Shown piece after piece: positions 37,681 through 46,861 of a stretch of 64,000 nt of DNA. How positions within the stretch are numbered: position 1 is the stretch's first letter; each line of letters opens with the position of its first letter. Source of the stretch: a virus (lineage: Duplodnaviria; Caudoviricetes); IMG/VR virus record IMGVR_UViG_3300028364_000013; one strand, 5' to 3'. The notes beneath the pieces were generated by a model that was not told where the DNA came from, did not search any database, and was given only the letters and a program-made list of their open reading frames with translations. The position numbers and the translations under genes are program-made.

Positions 37681-38577
37681 TTATTTTGTTTTTTTACAAT
37701 ACCAGCCAGTATATTTTAACAAGCCTTTTTTTTCTAACCTTTTTTTGTTTGACCCTAAATTATTATAAATAGGCTCTCCTTTTTCTCTATATGACTTCTT
37801 AAACGCTCCATATGGTAAGTTATTTTTTTTGCAAAATTCTGTAAAATTTTCATTTAAAATGTGATACTTTTTCACATGATTATTATCATATATAAAATAC
37901 TCACTTTTATTAAAATTAACCCCCTTTGTATATCCAACTAACTCTCCAGAAACATATCTTTTATCATCTACTCTAACTTTTAAAACATTACCATTTTTAT
38001 CTCTCACTGTAGCAATTCCAACATTAACTGACATTAGATTGTCGTCATTTGCATATTCTTCTTTACTAACTCTTTTTTTCTCTCCAGTTACATTGTCAAT
38101 AACACTAACTAATCCATTTTTTTCAAAAGTCCTTGTTAGTTGTCCATTTTTAATTCTTTCATCATCATTATTGACTTGAAATGTATTTCCATCTTTATCA
38201 AAAACAGCTATTTTATTTTTTGCAACTCCAAATAAAGAATCATCTTTATCAAAATCTTCTTTTTTTATTTGCCTTCCATTTAAAGAAACATAACCTTTTC
38301 TAAAACCTCCATGACCACCTAACTTTAAATTATAAGTATCATCTCTTTTTATAAAATCTTCATTAACAATTTTTGATTCCATCAATTTCATTTCATCTTC
38401 ACTTTCACAAAAATGTAAAATCCTTTTTTCAAAATTATCAATACCATATTTATTAATAACACGTTTTATATAAAGTCCAGACCCCATATAACCATCATCA
38501 ATATTTATTGTCTTGTGATACCCAACATAAACCATGTTGTTAATCTTATTTTTTATTTCATAAATTGTGTAAAACAT
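37681..38577 (-). CDS. GIY-YIG homing endonuclease (Seg-like)
   Basis: [19 protein letters not shown]....DDGYMGSG...[11 protein letters not shown]; YNLKLGG.GG. Confidence 0.88.
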   Translation of the reverse strand: MFYTIYEIKNKINNMVYVGYHKTINIDDGYMGSGLYIKRVINKYGIDNFEKRILHFCESEDEMKLMESKIVNEDFIKRDDTYNLKLGGHGGFRKGYVSLNGRQIKKEDFDKDDSLFGVAKNKIAVFDKDGNTFQVNNDDERIKNGQLTRTFEKNGLVSVIDNVTGEKKRVSKEEYANDDNLMSVNVGIATVRDKNGNVLKVRVDDKRYVSGELVGYTKGVNFNKSEYFIYDNNHVKKYHILNENFTEFCKKNNLPYGAFKKSYREKGEPIYNNLGSNKKRLEKKGLLKYTGWYCKKTK

Positions 38578-38628
38578 ATTCTTTTTATTATAAATATCAA
38601 TAAAAAACAGAATACTTACACCAGGCCA

Positions 38629-39246
38629 TTAATTAATTTTTGTCACTACCCAATATGAAGATACTTCCTCATTAAATGGATATACTTTAGCATGGCTAAA
38701 TATAAAAGAGCTTTTCTCTAAATTAGAAATTCCAACATTTTTTTGAATTCCCTTTCCAACCCATTCCATGCATAGCATTATTGTATTTTCTTTTAAATCA
38801 ATATCATTATGTATAGCAAGAGATTTAATCAAATCTATAAAAACTTCTTTTTTTGATTCTGCGAACCAAGCAAAACCTGCATTGTCATTTGTTTCTAATT
38901 TTTTAATTCCCAATATATTTTTTGAAAATTTAGTTTTTTCTCCCTCGTCTTCAACTGTAATATTTGTTTTATCATCAAAAGAAATTTTATATAAAACCTC
39001 TGGAACTGGTGTAATTATTTCATTTTTAGATTGATACCATACCCCTGAAATATCATTATAACAAACTGCTGCAAATGTACCATGTAATTTTATGGTTCCT
39101 TTAAATTTAAGATTAGGTTTTTTAATAGAAGGGTCATATATTGCCTTTCCATTATCATCAAGCCCAGTAAATCCTGCTCTATCGCAAACGCTTTTTACAA
39201 CATTTCTATATTGACCTATTGATGCTGCTGATATAAATTTTTTCAT
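38629..39246 (-). CDS. RNA ligase (Rnl2-like), N-terminal half
   Basis: SIGQYRN, motif I KLHGT, QSKN, DNAGFA, EWVGKGIQK. Confidence 0.8.
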   Translation of the reverse strand: MKKFISAASIGQYRNVVKSVCDRAGFTGLDDNGKAIYDPSIKKPNLKFKGTIKLHGTFAAVCYNDISGVWYQSKNEIITPVPEVLYKISFDDKTNITVEDEGEKTKFSKNILGIKKLETNDNAGFAWFAESKKEVFIDLIKSLAIHNDIDLKENTIMLCMEWVGKGIQKNVGISNLEKSSFIFSHAKVYPFNEEVSSYWVVTKIN

Positions 39247-39806
39247 AATTTTATTCTTTTATTTGTTGAAAGCCAAAGCTTTGGCTCTGTGTTTCTAATT
39301 AATTCATTTAATTCTTCAACCTTGTTTGCAATATCTGGATGGAAGTCTGAAAGAGACTGGTCTTCAGTGCAATACTCTTCATTAAGCTCGTCAATGTTTA
39401 TTTCAGATATGTGAACTTGCTTTTCGCAATGCATAAGCTCTAATTTTTTGATGTCCACTTCATTTTCTTCACAATATTCAACAACATCTTCCATGTCTGA
39501 GAAGAATTTATCATCATGTCTCAAGCACATCATTGACTCTCCATCCCATTCAACTTCTTCTAATTTTAGAAAATTTTCATGAGAAGACTTGGATACGCAG
39601 AAGTCACATTTAGTGCGAGTCTTTTTTATAACAGCTCCACAATCACATTTTGTATGAGTGCTATTTGCATACCTTGCTCTTCTTTCTCCTGCTTCACCTT
39701 TTCCATGATAAAGCCCGTCTGGACCAGTCCAACCTTCAAGGTTTGTTCTGTACTCTACCAAATTAGGGTCGTCATACATTCTTATTTCATCTTTTACTTC
39801 ATCCAT
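39243..39806 (-). CDS. hypothetical protein
   Basis: GE.AARY..STH.KC.CG motif. Confidence 0.7.
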   Translation of the reverse strand: MDEVKDEIRMYDDPNLVEYRTNLEGWTGPDGLYHGKGEAGERRARYANSTHTKCDCGAVIKKTRTKCDFCVSKSSHENFLKLEEVEWDGESMMCLRHDDKFFSDMEDVVEYCEENEVDIKKLELMHCEKQVHISEINIDELNEEYCTEDQSLSDFHPDIANKVEELNELIRNTEPKLWLSTNKRIKL

Positions 39807-40477
39807 GGCTTCTTAATTTCGTATTCTCTTCTAATTACTAAAAGCGTATCAAGACAATCTTGAACTGCTTTGTGCGTCACAATCTTTGGAACTCCTGCTC
39901 TCTGAAGACAATCTCCAAGCCCTGGAGGGGTGTCATCATTATACCAATCAACATACATACTTGTAGGGTCGATTGTTCTGTGGCGCAAGTTTATATACTG
40001 ACTCCACTTGGGAATAATGTCAATAAACTTTCTATCGAAAGCATCAAAATTCTTTCCAGCTGGAGTAATCACAAATGGAGCCTGACTATATTTGTTTGCT
40101 TCAGATATAGCTTTTTCAAAATCACTCCCTTCAATTTTACCAAAGTGAGGATATAGGAAATCAAAGAAATCTTTAGCTAAATCCTTCAGAGAGATGATTC
40201 CATGATGCTTGTCATACGCATCTTGTTCTTCACCTCTTCTGTATGTTTCACGCTTAGCAAGAATTTCAAATATCCTCGCATTCATGTTGATGGCAAATGC
40301 TCCTCCAGTGTATTGCTCGTGTCTGATGATTCTATTATACTGAGGAAGGTCTTCCATCGCCAATATATTGTTTGTATCTTCAATTACAGCTCCGAACTCA
40401 ATTATTTGAAGCTCTTCTACAGTTCCGTTTTTTCCTGGGACTCCAGTTGTTTCTATGTCTATCACAGTATAAATCAT
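39794..40477 (-). CDS. DEDD 3'-5' exonuclease (DnaQ-like)
   Basis: VIDIETTG, GKNF..FD..F, IDP, H.A..DCLDT. Confidence 0.85.
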   Translation of the reverse strand: MIYTVIDIETTGVPGKNGTVEELQIIEFGAVIEDTNNILAMEDLPQYNRIIRHEQYTGGAFAINMNARIFEILAKRETYRRGEEQDAYDKHHGIISLKDLAKDFFDFLYPHFGKIEGSDFEKAISEANKYSQAPFVITPAGKNFDAFDRKFIDIIPKWSQYINLRHRTIDPTSMYVDWYNDDTPPGLGDCLQRAGVPKIVTHKAVQDCLDTLLVIRREYEIKKPWMK

Positions 40478-40482
40478 GATTT

Positions 40483-41230
40483 CTAATTTTTAATTATTTT
40501 ATATTGTCTCTTATGTATTTCTACTTTATCAAGCACAAATTTAGTACTAATTGCTTGAACAAACAAATTAAAAGCATCATCTTTATCAATAACAATAATT
40601 TCAACTGGTTTAACATTACCATCAACCCATTGAATCTTTTTCCATTGCTCATTAGAATAAGTCCCATCAGTTTTGGGCATCTCACCTTTACACACTTTCA
40701 AAGTGAAGTCACTCTTAATTTCAATAAATCTATCTCCAAAGTCAAAATCTGGAATGTATTGTCCATGAGGTGTTTTAAATTTTTTTCTATTTGGTTTTGG
40801 CAAATCAACTCCGTCATTAATTAACCTCTGAAGATATGCTACCTCATAAGAACCAAGAACCTTTCCAGCTTTTGTATTAAAAGTTCTTGACTTACCTATA
40901 ACTGGAAGTCTATCTTCTTTGTCCCAAGCTTCAATTCCACTTTTAGAAATCTGTTCTTTCGACTTTTTAGAATGTTTCCTTCCAGTAAATCCTTTAGTTG
41001 GACCATATACTTCTCTGTTTTTTTTGCAAAGGTCACTCTTGCTAATTTTTGGAACTTTCCATTTATCAAGCCAATATGTTATTGAAAAATCACTTCTATC
41101 AAACAGATTTCCTATATATTTTGCCCCCCTATGCTCTTTTGAATAAAGTTGTATGATTTCTTTTTTTTCTTCTGTAGAAGGCTCTCCCTTTCTTTTATAG
41201 TAAACTCTCTTTCTAACTTGCAGCCACTTT
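40483..41230 (-). pseudogene. 5'-truncated NUMOD3 / PD-(D/E)XK endonuclease
   Basis: Frame stays open well upstream of TTG 40803 (GRKHSKKSKEQIS; SYEVAYL; YIPDF..IEIKS) with no ATG. Confidence 0.6.
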
Positions 41231-41295
41231 GGGCAACCACAAGAAAGATAGATGGAGTTATTTATGAAGGGAACATTAATAAAGGAGAAGATTAA
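41200..41295 (+). pseudogene. C-terminal remnant of an HNH-like endonuclease
   Basis: IVNSLSNLQPLWATTRKIDGVIYEGNINKGED*. Confidence 0.5.
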
Positions 41296-41669
41296 TCTAA
41301 AATTATAATAGAATCTATTTGTTTTCTGGTCATATTGACTCTTGAAACTTGAATTAAAACCTCATCTCCAAGCCTATAGCTATCTCCATTATTAAAATCG
41401 TTTATACAATAGTTTTCTTCATCAACAAATAGATTATTGGATTTTAGCCAATCTTCTGAAACCATTGTATCACATCCATTTTCTATTATTTCTATAAAAA
41501 CACCAAACGAATTTACACTGGAAATAATTCCTTTAAATTTCTCTCCAATTTTACTCTTCAGAAACTCGCACTGCTTGTACTTAATGGATTCTCTCTGTGC
41601 TTTAGCAGCTTTTTGTTCTTGTTCACTTAGATGTTCGCACATTTGTGATAATTGTGATTTATTATACAT
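41292..41669 (-). CDS. rnr: RNase R C-terminal piece (end of RNB + S1)
   Basis: CEHLSEQEQKAAKAQRESIKYKQCEF..IGEKF.G.ISSV..FGVFIE..YRLGDEV.IQV. Confidence 0.85.
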   Translation of the reverse strand: MYNKSQLSQMCEHLSEQEQKAAKAQRESIKYKQCEFLKSKIGEKFKGIISSVNSFGVFIEIIENGCDTMVSEDWLKSNNLFVDEENYCINDFNNGDSYRLGDEVLIQVSRVNMTRKQIDSIIILD

Positions 41670-42472
41670 TATATAGGTAAATTTACTTTATTTAACATTT
41701 TATTTGAGACATGGGTATATATCTCAGTGGTTTTAGATGATGAGTGACCCGCTATCTTCTGAATAATTCTAAGGTCTGTGCCGCTTTCCAATAGATTTGT
41801 GAAAGAAGAATGGCGTAGTGTGTGAATTGAAGAGTTGTTGTCAATATACTTCTTATATATTTTCTGACAACTACCAACTGAATACTGGTCATAATTTTGA
41901 CCATTAAACAAATAAGTTTTTGGCCTATATTCTTTCCAATAATACCTCAACAACTGCAGCACATAGTTCGATAATGGTACAACCCTATCTTTTCTTCCCT
42001 TAGCATTTTTAATATAAATCAACATTCTGATGGAGTCAATATCTTCTATTTTTAAATTAACAACTTCTGATACACGAAGACCAACTGAATACGTTAAAGT
42101 CAATATTGCTTTATGTTTTAAATTTTCAATCTTTGATAACTTATCTTTAATCAATTCTCCATCTATAACTTTTGGTAACTTCTTTTCTTTCTTTGGCCTC
42201 TTAAAAGATACTTTATCATACTTTTTATTGAGCCCAAACTTATAAAGAAATCTAATTGCGTTAATAACTTGATTTTGTTTTGATATAGAAGTGAAATTAT
42301 AATTATTAAGATATAACTGAAAATCTTTTGAATTGAGGTGAATTATTCTTTTATCACCGCACCAAGTAATAAATTGCTTGATGTAATGGGTATAAATGTC
42401 CTTGGTTCTTTCAGAGTAGTTTAAATATATAAACTTTTGTTCACAAATCTTTACAATTTTTTGATTTAACAT
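41669..42472 (-). CDS. tyrosine recombinase, integron-like integrase
   Basis: YS.RT...Y, NQVINAIRFLY, RPKKEKKLP, GLRVSE, KGRKDR, HTLRHS, GHSS..TT.IYTHV. Confidence 0.9.
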   Translation of the reverse strand: MLNQKIVKICEQKFIYLNYSERTKDIYTHYIKQFITWCGDKRIIHLNSKDFQLYLNNYNFTSISKQNQVINAIRFLYKFGLNKKYDKVSFKRPKKEKKLPKVIDGELIKDKLSKIENLKHKAILTLTYSVGLRVSEVVNLKIEDIDSIRMLIYIKNAKGRKDRVVPLSNYVLQLLRYYWKEYRPKTYLFNGQNYDQYSVGSCQKIYKKYIDNNSSIHTLRHSSFTNLLESGTDLRIIQKIAGHSSSKTTEIYTHVSNKMLNKVNLPI

Positions 42473-42510
42473 CTTATATCAATTTAATAATCAATGATTT
42501 ATAAAAAGGT

Positions 42511-42534
42511 GTTTATATATAGTCGTTATGTGGC
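42511..42534 (+). other. attI-like site
   Basis: GTTTATATATAGTC-G/TTATGTGGC: R site without a partner hairpin, just upstream of the divergent integrase. Confidence 0.6.
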
Positions 42535-42693
42535 ATTATACCACCACATCTTTTTTGTGATTTTGTGTTTTTTAACTAATTCCTTCGTATGTTCTTTAAT
42601 ATCTTCGTAATCTTTTGAAACTTCATTCAATTTTTCACAAAAAGATACGTAACAATCGTATTCATCATCAATTCTACTTATACTACTTCCCAT
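42526..42693 (-). CDS. cassette 1 protein, 55 aa (not in ORF track)
   Basis: MGSSISRIDDEYDCY...WWYNAT*; stop lies within the R site. Confidence 0.6.
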   Translation of the reverse strand: MGSSISRIDDEYDCYVSFCEKLNEVSKDYEDIKEHTKELVKKHKITKKMWWYNAT

Positions 42694-42701
42694 AATTTAA
42701 C

Positions 42702-42828
42702 GCCACATAACAACGTATATAAAACATTGCTTTAGTGGTCTTTTATTTAGTTTATTAATAATTCAAAATTTGTTGTTTATCTGTTAAGTTTCGGTTGGCA
42801 ACGTTTCATATACAAAACGTTGTGGTGC
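42702..42828 (+). repeat. attC-like 1
   Basis: GCCACATAAC; GTATATAAAACATTGC / GCAACGTTTCATATAC; GTTGTGGTGC. Confidence 0.85.
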
Positions 42829-42830
42829 AT

Positions 42831-43139
42831 TTAGAAAGAAAGTGCTTCACCTGCAACAACACCAGGGTCGCCATATTTACCTTCATCTTCTTCATCAAAG
42901 TTTTGTATAATTTGAAGAGCCTTTTTATACTTCATAAGGCGTTCAGTTAATGTCTGTTTTGCAAGTTCAATCCATTCACCATTTGGCGAGTGCTTGCAAC
43001 ATAAAATTCCGTTAATCACTTTTTCTTGATAATACATAGTTAAAAAACGCACCACAACAATGTATAACAGCAATAGCGGGTTGTAGTGCTTAATTTTAAC
43101 ACCATTGCTTCTAATTAATATTCTGTTTAATTCAATCAT
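42831..43139 (-). CDS. cassette 2 protein
   Basis: ORF; start either in attC2 or at internal MYYQ. Confidence 0.65.
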   Translation of the reverse strand: MIELNRILIRSNGVKIKHYNPLLLLYIVVVRFLTMYYQEKVINGILCCKHSPNGEWIELAKQTLTERLMKYKKALQIIQNFDEEDEGKYGDPGVVAGEALSF

Positions 43140-43186
43140 TTGTGCTTTCTAATCCGCTACTGCGGTTATACTCAGCGTTATAAGTC
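43049..43186 (+). repeat. attC-like 2
   Basis: GCACCACAAC; GTATAACAGCAATAGCGG / CCGCTACTGCGGTTATAC; GTTATAAGTC. Confidence 0.88.
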
Positions 43187-43387
43187 ATTTAGAACTTCAA
43201 TTCTATGTGGTTCATAATCAATAGGAGTTATATAATACAAACAAGGTATGTTTTTACTCAAACCTCTCATTCCAATCATTACGTCAGAATCATTTTTATA
43301 ATCTACTTTGTCAGATAAAAAACGACTTATAACATCAGCTATATGTAACACCTTTCCATCTTTATCAAATATTTCTAATTTATCCAT
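43178..43387 (-). CDS. cassette 3 protein, starts inside attC3
   Basis: MDKLEIFDKDGKVLHIADV|ISRF. Confidence 0.7.
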   Translation of the reverse strand: MDKLEIFDKDGKVLHIADVISRFLSDKVDYKNDSDVMIGMRGLSKNIPCLYYITPIDYEPHRIEVLNDL

Positions 43388-43459
43388 TGTTTCAGTATTT
43401 TAAGTTAGTATAGTAATCTATCAAGGTCGGCACTACACATAGCCCAAGCGGTTAGGTTT
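43324..43459 (+). repeat. attC-like 3
   Basis: GACTTATAAC; GCTATATGTAAC / CTACACATAGC; GTTAGGTTT. Confidence 0.8.
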
Positions 43460-44057
43460 AATATTCACTAAGTTTAATGCTACCTTCAATCTCATTTCCC
43501 CAAGCATCCCATCCTTGTCTAATATTTCTGGAGAACAATTCTAATTTATTTCCTTTAGATACTTTTTCAATAAGTTCATAAAAGAAGTCTGGTTTTTTTG
43601 AATGGCAAGGGTAGCCGTTTACATATTGTCTTTTTTCTTCAAACCAAGTTCCGTTTATTTTTTCATTTACCAATTCATTAACCTTGCCTTTGGTTGCAAA
43701 AATTAAGTATTCAGTAGACACTTTAAAAGTTCCACCCATTCCGCTACCTATTGGTTTTTTACACCATACAAGGGTTGTAGAGTATTTAAAACCCCAAGCC
43801 TTTACAACTTCTTCCGCTTTCATTAAATACTTATTTGTAACCCACAAATACAAATGACAATTATCAGCAGTCAAGTTTTTAATAGGCAGGTTTACTATGT
43901 CTTCAAATTTCATTGTGTTATAAGGCAAGTCTGCAGACTTATCGCTTTTTGGATTAAACACTTGTACCCCATTTTCTTTTTTGTAACCACCGCTTAATGG
44001 TCTCCCTGCTTTTTGCTCCCAAGCTGGGTCTGCATATATTATATTGTATTTATTCAT
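43458..44057 (-). CDS. MT-A70 family methyltransferase (cassette 4)
   Basis: IIYADPAW, YNTM, LYLWVTN, WGFKY, HSKKP, LELFSR..R.GW..WGNE. Confidence 0.88.
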   Translation of the reverse strand: MNKYNIIYADPAWEQKAGRPLSGGYKKENGVQVFNPKSDKSADLPYNTMKFEDIVNLPIKNLTADNCHLYLWVTNKYLMKAEEVVKAWGFKYSTTLVWCKKPIGSGMGGTFKVSTEYLIFATKGKVNELVNEKINGTWFEEKRQYVNGYPCHSKKPDFFYELIEKVSKGNKLELFSRNIRQGWDAWGNEIEGSIKLSEY

Positions 44058-44085
44058 ATTTATTCTTTAAAATCCGTTCATACTA

Positions 44086-44143
44086 AAACCTAACAATGTG
44101 TAAAACGGCATTAAAACGACCGTTTACACTAGGCGTTGTAAGT
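44086..44143 (+). repeat. attC-like 4 (short)
   Basis: AAACCTAAC; GTGTAAAACGG / CCGTTTACAC (one unpaired base); GTTGTAAGT. Confidence 0.85.
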
Positions 44144-44156
44144 AATTGGTTTTTAC

Positions 44157-44381
44157 CTACTGCGTATCTGCATAAGCACATTCATTACATTTTCTTTCCA
44201 CATATACAGCAGTGTTTTCGCAACTATCACAAACCAACTCCGTACAACACCGTGTATAAATAATAGCTTGCTTATTTCTGTCTTTTAAGATTACGTAAGC
44301 TTCATCGCTTATTTTGTTATCTTGGTGCAACCTATCAAGTGTAAATCCTGTTTGGATAAGTTGGTTATTTGTTTCGTTCAT
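44157..44381 (-). CDS. cassette 5 protein, starts inside attC5
   Basis: ORF crosses R'' at 44241-44248. Confidence 0.65.
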   Translation of the reverse strand: MNETNNQLIQTGFTLDRLHQDNKISDEAYVILKDRNKQAIIYTRCCTELVCDSCENTAVYVERKCNECAYADTQ

Positions 44382-44440
44382 TTTTATAAAATTTAGTTGT
44401 TATTAATCGCTACTATTCATACACAAATCAGTTGTAGTGA
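44241..44440 (+). repeat. attC-like 5 (long)
   Basis: CGTACAAC; GTGTATAAATAATAGC / GCTACTATTCATACAC; GTTGTAGTGA. Confidence 0.82.
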
Positions 44441-44443
44441 ATG

Positions 44444-44635
44444 CTACAATCCTACCTTTGATTTAAGTTCAGATATTGACATCCAGCTTTTAATTGATTT
44501 TGGTTGAACCCAATCGCTTTCCATGTCTGCTTTGAACATTCCATCTTTGTAATAGGCAAATTCAAGTACTCCACTAATATGTTCAACCAACACCCTTGTC
44601 ATATTTTCGGGTAATTCTAAATCTGTATTTTTCAT
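44444..44635 (-). CDS. cassette 6 protein
   Basis: self-contained ORF. Confidence 0.65.
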   Translation of the reverse strand: MKNTDLELPENMTRVLVEHISGVLEFAYYKDGMFKADMESDWVQPKSIKSWMSISELKSKVGL

Positions 44636-44667
44636 TTCAATTATACATTTAAGTTAATAATCCGCAC

Positions 44668-44738
44668 TCACTACAACACTTTGTATAGTGCATAGCTCGT
44701 GCCTCACTACGACACCATACAAGATGCCGTTGTAGGTA
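44668..44738 (+). repeat. attC-like 6
   Basis: TCACTACAAC; TGTATAGTG / CACCATACA; GTTGTAGGTA. Confidence 0.82.
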
Positions 44739-44747
44739 ATAAATTTA

Positions 44748-44930
44748 CTACTCTTGTGGTTCAAGAATGTCATAAGCATCTCTTATACATCCTTTTAATG
44801 TTGTGGCAACTGTTTGCATCCTAAAAGCACCGTTGTAATCTTCGGCTTTTATCTTATCATCAATTAAGCCTTGTAAATGTTGCCACTTGGTTTGCCATTC
44901 TTCAATCTGTTGTTTCAATTTATCTTCCAT
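44748..44930 (-). CDS. cassette 7 protein
   Basis: self-contained ORF. Confidence 0.65.
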   Translation of the reverse strand: MEDKLKQQIEEWQTKWQHLQGLIDDKIKAEDYNGAFRMQTVATTLKGCIRDAYDILEPQE

Positions 44931-44969
44931 TATATTTTTAAGTTTAGTGTTTCAATTCTGCAGGATTAC

Positions 44970-45030
44970 TACCTACAACAAAGGCTATAAAGCCATACAA
45001 GTACAGGCTCATAGCCTAGACATTATATGC
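44970..45030 (+). repeat. attC-like 7 (R' degenerate, ATT)
   Basis: TACCTACAAC; GGCTATAAAGCC / GGCTCATAGCC; ATTATATGC. Confidence 0.78.
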
Positions 45031-45038
45031 AATAAAAA

Positions 45039-45314
45039 TTACTTACGTCTTGGGTCTTCATCACACCATAGTTTATAACAATTAACTTTTCGCTTTATTA
45101 ACCGTGCTTTGTCTTGGATTTCTTCAAGGTTGGTAGCTGTTAATATAGCATCTAATGACACACTTCCACCACTACTGTCATCTAAATATCTTCCAAGCCA
45201 AACACTACCTTCGTCCGCTAATTCGTGCATTTTTGCATAATCAGGGAAACATTCTTTTACTTCTTTAATTAATTTTTGTGAGTACATAATCGTAATTTTA
45301 AAAGCATATAACAA
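45039..45314 (-). CDS. cassette 8 protein (probable start MYSQK)
   Basis: ORF inside cassette. Confidence 0.7.
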   Translation of the reverse strand: MLYAFKITIMYSQKLIKEVKECFPDYAKMHELADEGSVWLGRYLDDSSGGSVSLDAILTATNLEEIQDKARLIKRKVNCYKLWCDEDPRRK

Positions 45315-45437
45315 CGTGTATATTTTATTGCTACATACCGCCTATCTAAAGGCTTGTTAATATTTATTCAGTTCTGTTCTTATTTAAAGTTTATTGATAC
45401 CTATACGCAACAAAGCATACACAAACCGTTACCAAAC
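45304..45437 (+). repeat. attC-like 8
   Basis: GCATATAAC; GTGTATATTTTATTGC / GCAACAAAGCATACAC; GTTACCAAAC. Confidence 0.82.
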
Positions 45438-45438
45438 A

Positions 45439-45729
45439 TTAAATAACTTGGTACATCATTCCTGCAACTTGTGGCCCGTGTGTGTCATACGCTTTATCAT
45501 AAGCATCATTACTATCTTCTGCCTCTATTTCAAACGTCCATCCGTCTTTCCCTTCTGATTCAAACCAGAATAAATAACGTTTGGTAACACTATCTATAGG
45601 TAATGTCTGCCCTAGCTTTAGTGCTTGTAAGCGAAATTCAAATTCGTTTAAGAACTCTTGGTCTGTTGGTGTTCCTCCGATACCCTCCATTCCTTTTACT
45701 ATGTCAATTACTTTTTCTGATATATTCAT
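45439..45729 (-). CDS. cassette 9 protein, starts inside attC9
   Basis: ...LPIDSV|TKRYL. Confidence 0.7.
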   Translation of the reverse strand: MNISEKVIDIVKGMEGIGGTPTDQEFLNEFEFRLQALKLGQTLPIDSVTKRYLFWFESEGKDGWTFEIEAEDSNDAYDKAYDTHGPQVAGMMYQVI

Positions 45730-45788
45730 GATTAATTTTTAGTTATTTAAGTCGGGCAAAAAATACCCATAGATTTAACGTTAGCATT
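45579..45788 (+). repeat. attC-like 9 (long)
   Basis: GTTTGGTAAC; ATCTATAGGTA / TACCCATAGAT; GTTAGCATT. Confidence 0.8.
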
Positions 45789-46036
45789 CATAGTATTTGC
45801 CTTTCATCTATTGGTTTTTGGCATTCAATACAGTAAGGCGTACCATTTTCATCATTATCTCTACCTTTAGCCTGTGAGCATCGGCAAAATAACGAAATGC
45901 TAACATCAGGTATGGAGCAGTTTTTTACTCGCTCCTGGTCACATTCATTCCACACCTTCAACAGTGCTTGTTGTACGCTTGTACTATTGGGATAAGCTGT
46001 TTCAGCCTGTATCTCTTTTATTCTTTCAGTTGTCAT
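45788..46036 (-). CDS. cassette 10 protein, starts inside attC10
   Basis: ...CSIPDV|SISLFC; C-terminal CIEC. Confidence 0.7.
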   Translation of the reverse strand: MTTERIKEIQAETAYPNSTSVQQALLKVWNECDQERVKNCSIPDVSISLFCRCSQAKGRDNDENGTPYCIECQKPIDERQIL

Positions 46037-46098
46037 ACAATAAAGTTTAGTGTTTCAAATCCGTAAAAAATCCGCTCCATACCCCTAGCGTTATATGC
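45896..46098 (+). repeat. attC-like 10 (long)
   Basis: AATGCTAAC; GGTATGGAGCAGTTTTTTAC / GTAAAAAATCCGCTCCATACC; GTTATATGC. Confidence 0.88.
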
Positions 46099-46161
46099 AA
46101 TGCTACGTTATCACTTCGTATTAAGTTTCATCATAACATTCCCTTTGTTTTTCCACCGAAC

Positions 46162-46725
46162 TTATAATTCTAAATCCATATTAAATGGTTTAAAATTATT
46201 ATCTTCAATCATTTTCCTAACTCTTGGATGAAATTTATAAAATATTGAATTTGGTAAATCAATATCCCAATCCATCACGTCTATTAATTTGTTAATAATT
46301 CTACCTTGGAATATTTCATCTACATTTTCTATAAATAATTCATCAAAAGGAAAATGGACATTTCCAAATGTTGAATACATTTCAACCCAATCTAATATTT
46401 CTTTTTCTAATCTACTGTAATCATATCTAACTAAATCTTTTACTAATAGTTCGTTTTCACTATGTGCTATTATCTGACCACCATAGTCTAATAATTCTTT
46501 TCTATAAAGTTTCTTATGATTATCAGATATTTCTTTATACATTTTCTCAGGCATCTCACTACCATTTTCTATGTTTTTATTAACAAATGTTAAAAACTCT
46601 TTATCATCCCATAAATCATCTGAACTTGGTTCATAATTCATATCCTTTAAATTGCCATCTTGGTCAATATATGCTTCATTCAAATATTCACGTATAGTCG
46701 TTGCTATAAATTTTCTTAATTCCAT
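46162..46725 (-). CDS. cassette 11 protein
   Basis: MELRKFIATTIREYLNE; TATTTAT motif upstream. Confidence 0.75.
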   Translation of the reverse strand: MELRKFIATTIREYLNEAYIDQDGNLKDMNYEPSSDDLWDDKEFLTFVNKNIENGSEMPEKMYKEISDNHKKLYRKELLDYGGQIIAHSENELLVKDLVRYDYSRLEKEILDWVEMYSTFGNVHFPFDELFIENVDEIFQGRIINKLIDVMDWDIDLPNSIFYKFHPRVRKMIEDNNFKPFNMDLEL

Positions 46726-46839
46726 AATAATAAATAGTTTAATCTATATATAAATAATCACTTTTTAATATTCCACCCACAAAAATAAAACAAAAAGGCT
46801 TCGTTCTTCGTATCAGCATTTGTGGTTAAAATCCGCACA

Positions 46840-46861
46840 GCATATAACAAGTGTTAGTTGC
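46840..46861 (+). repeat. collapsed attC-like 11 (arms missing)
   Basis: GCATATAAC-AAGT-GTTAGTTGC. Confidence 0.7.

Noticed and set aside
37673-38629. Group I intron in the RNA ligase
   Set aside because: Only 7 nt lie between the endonuclease stop and the downstream ATG, no P7-type core was recognised, and both halves have their own start and stop; RT-PCR would settle it
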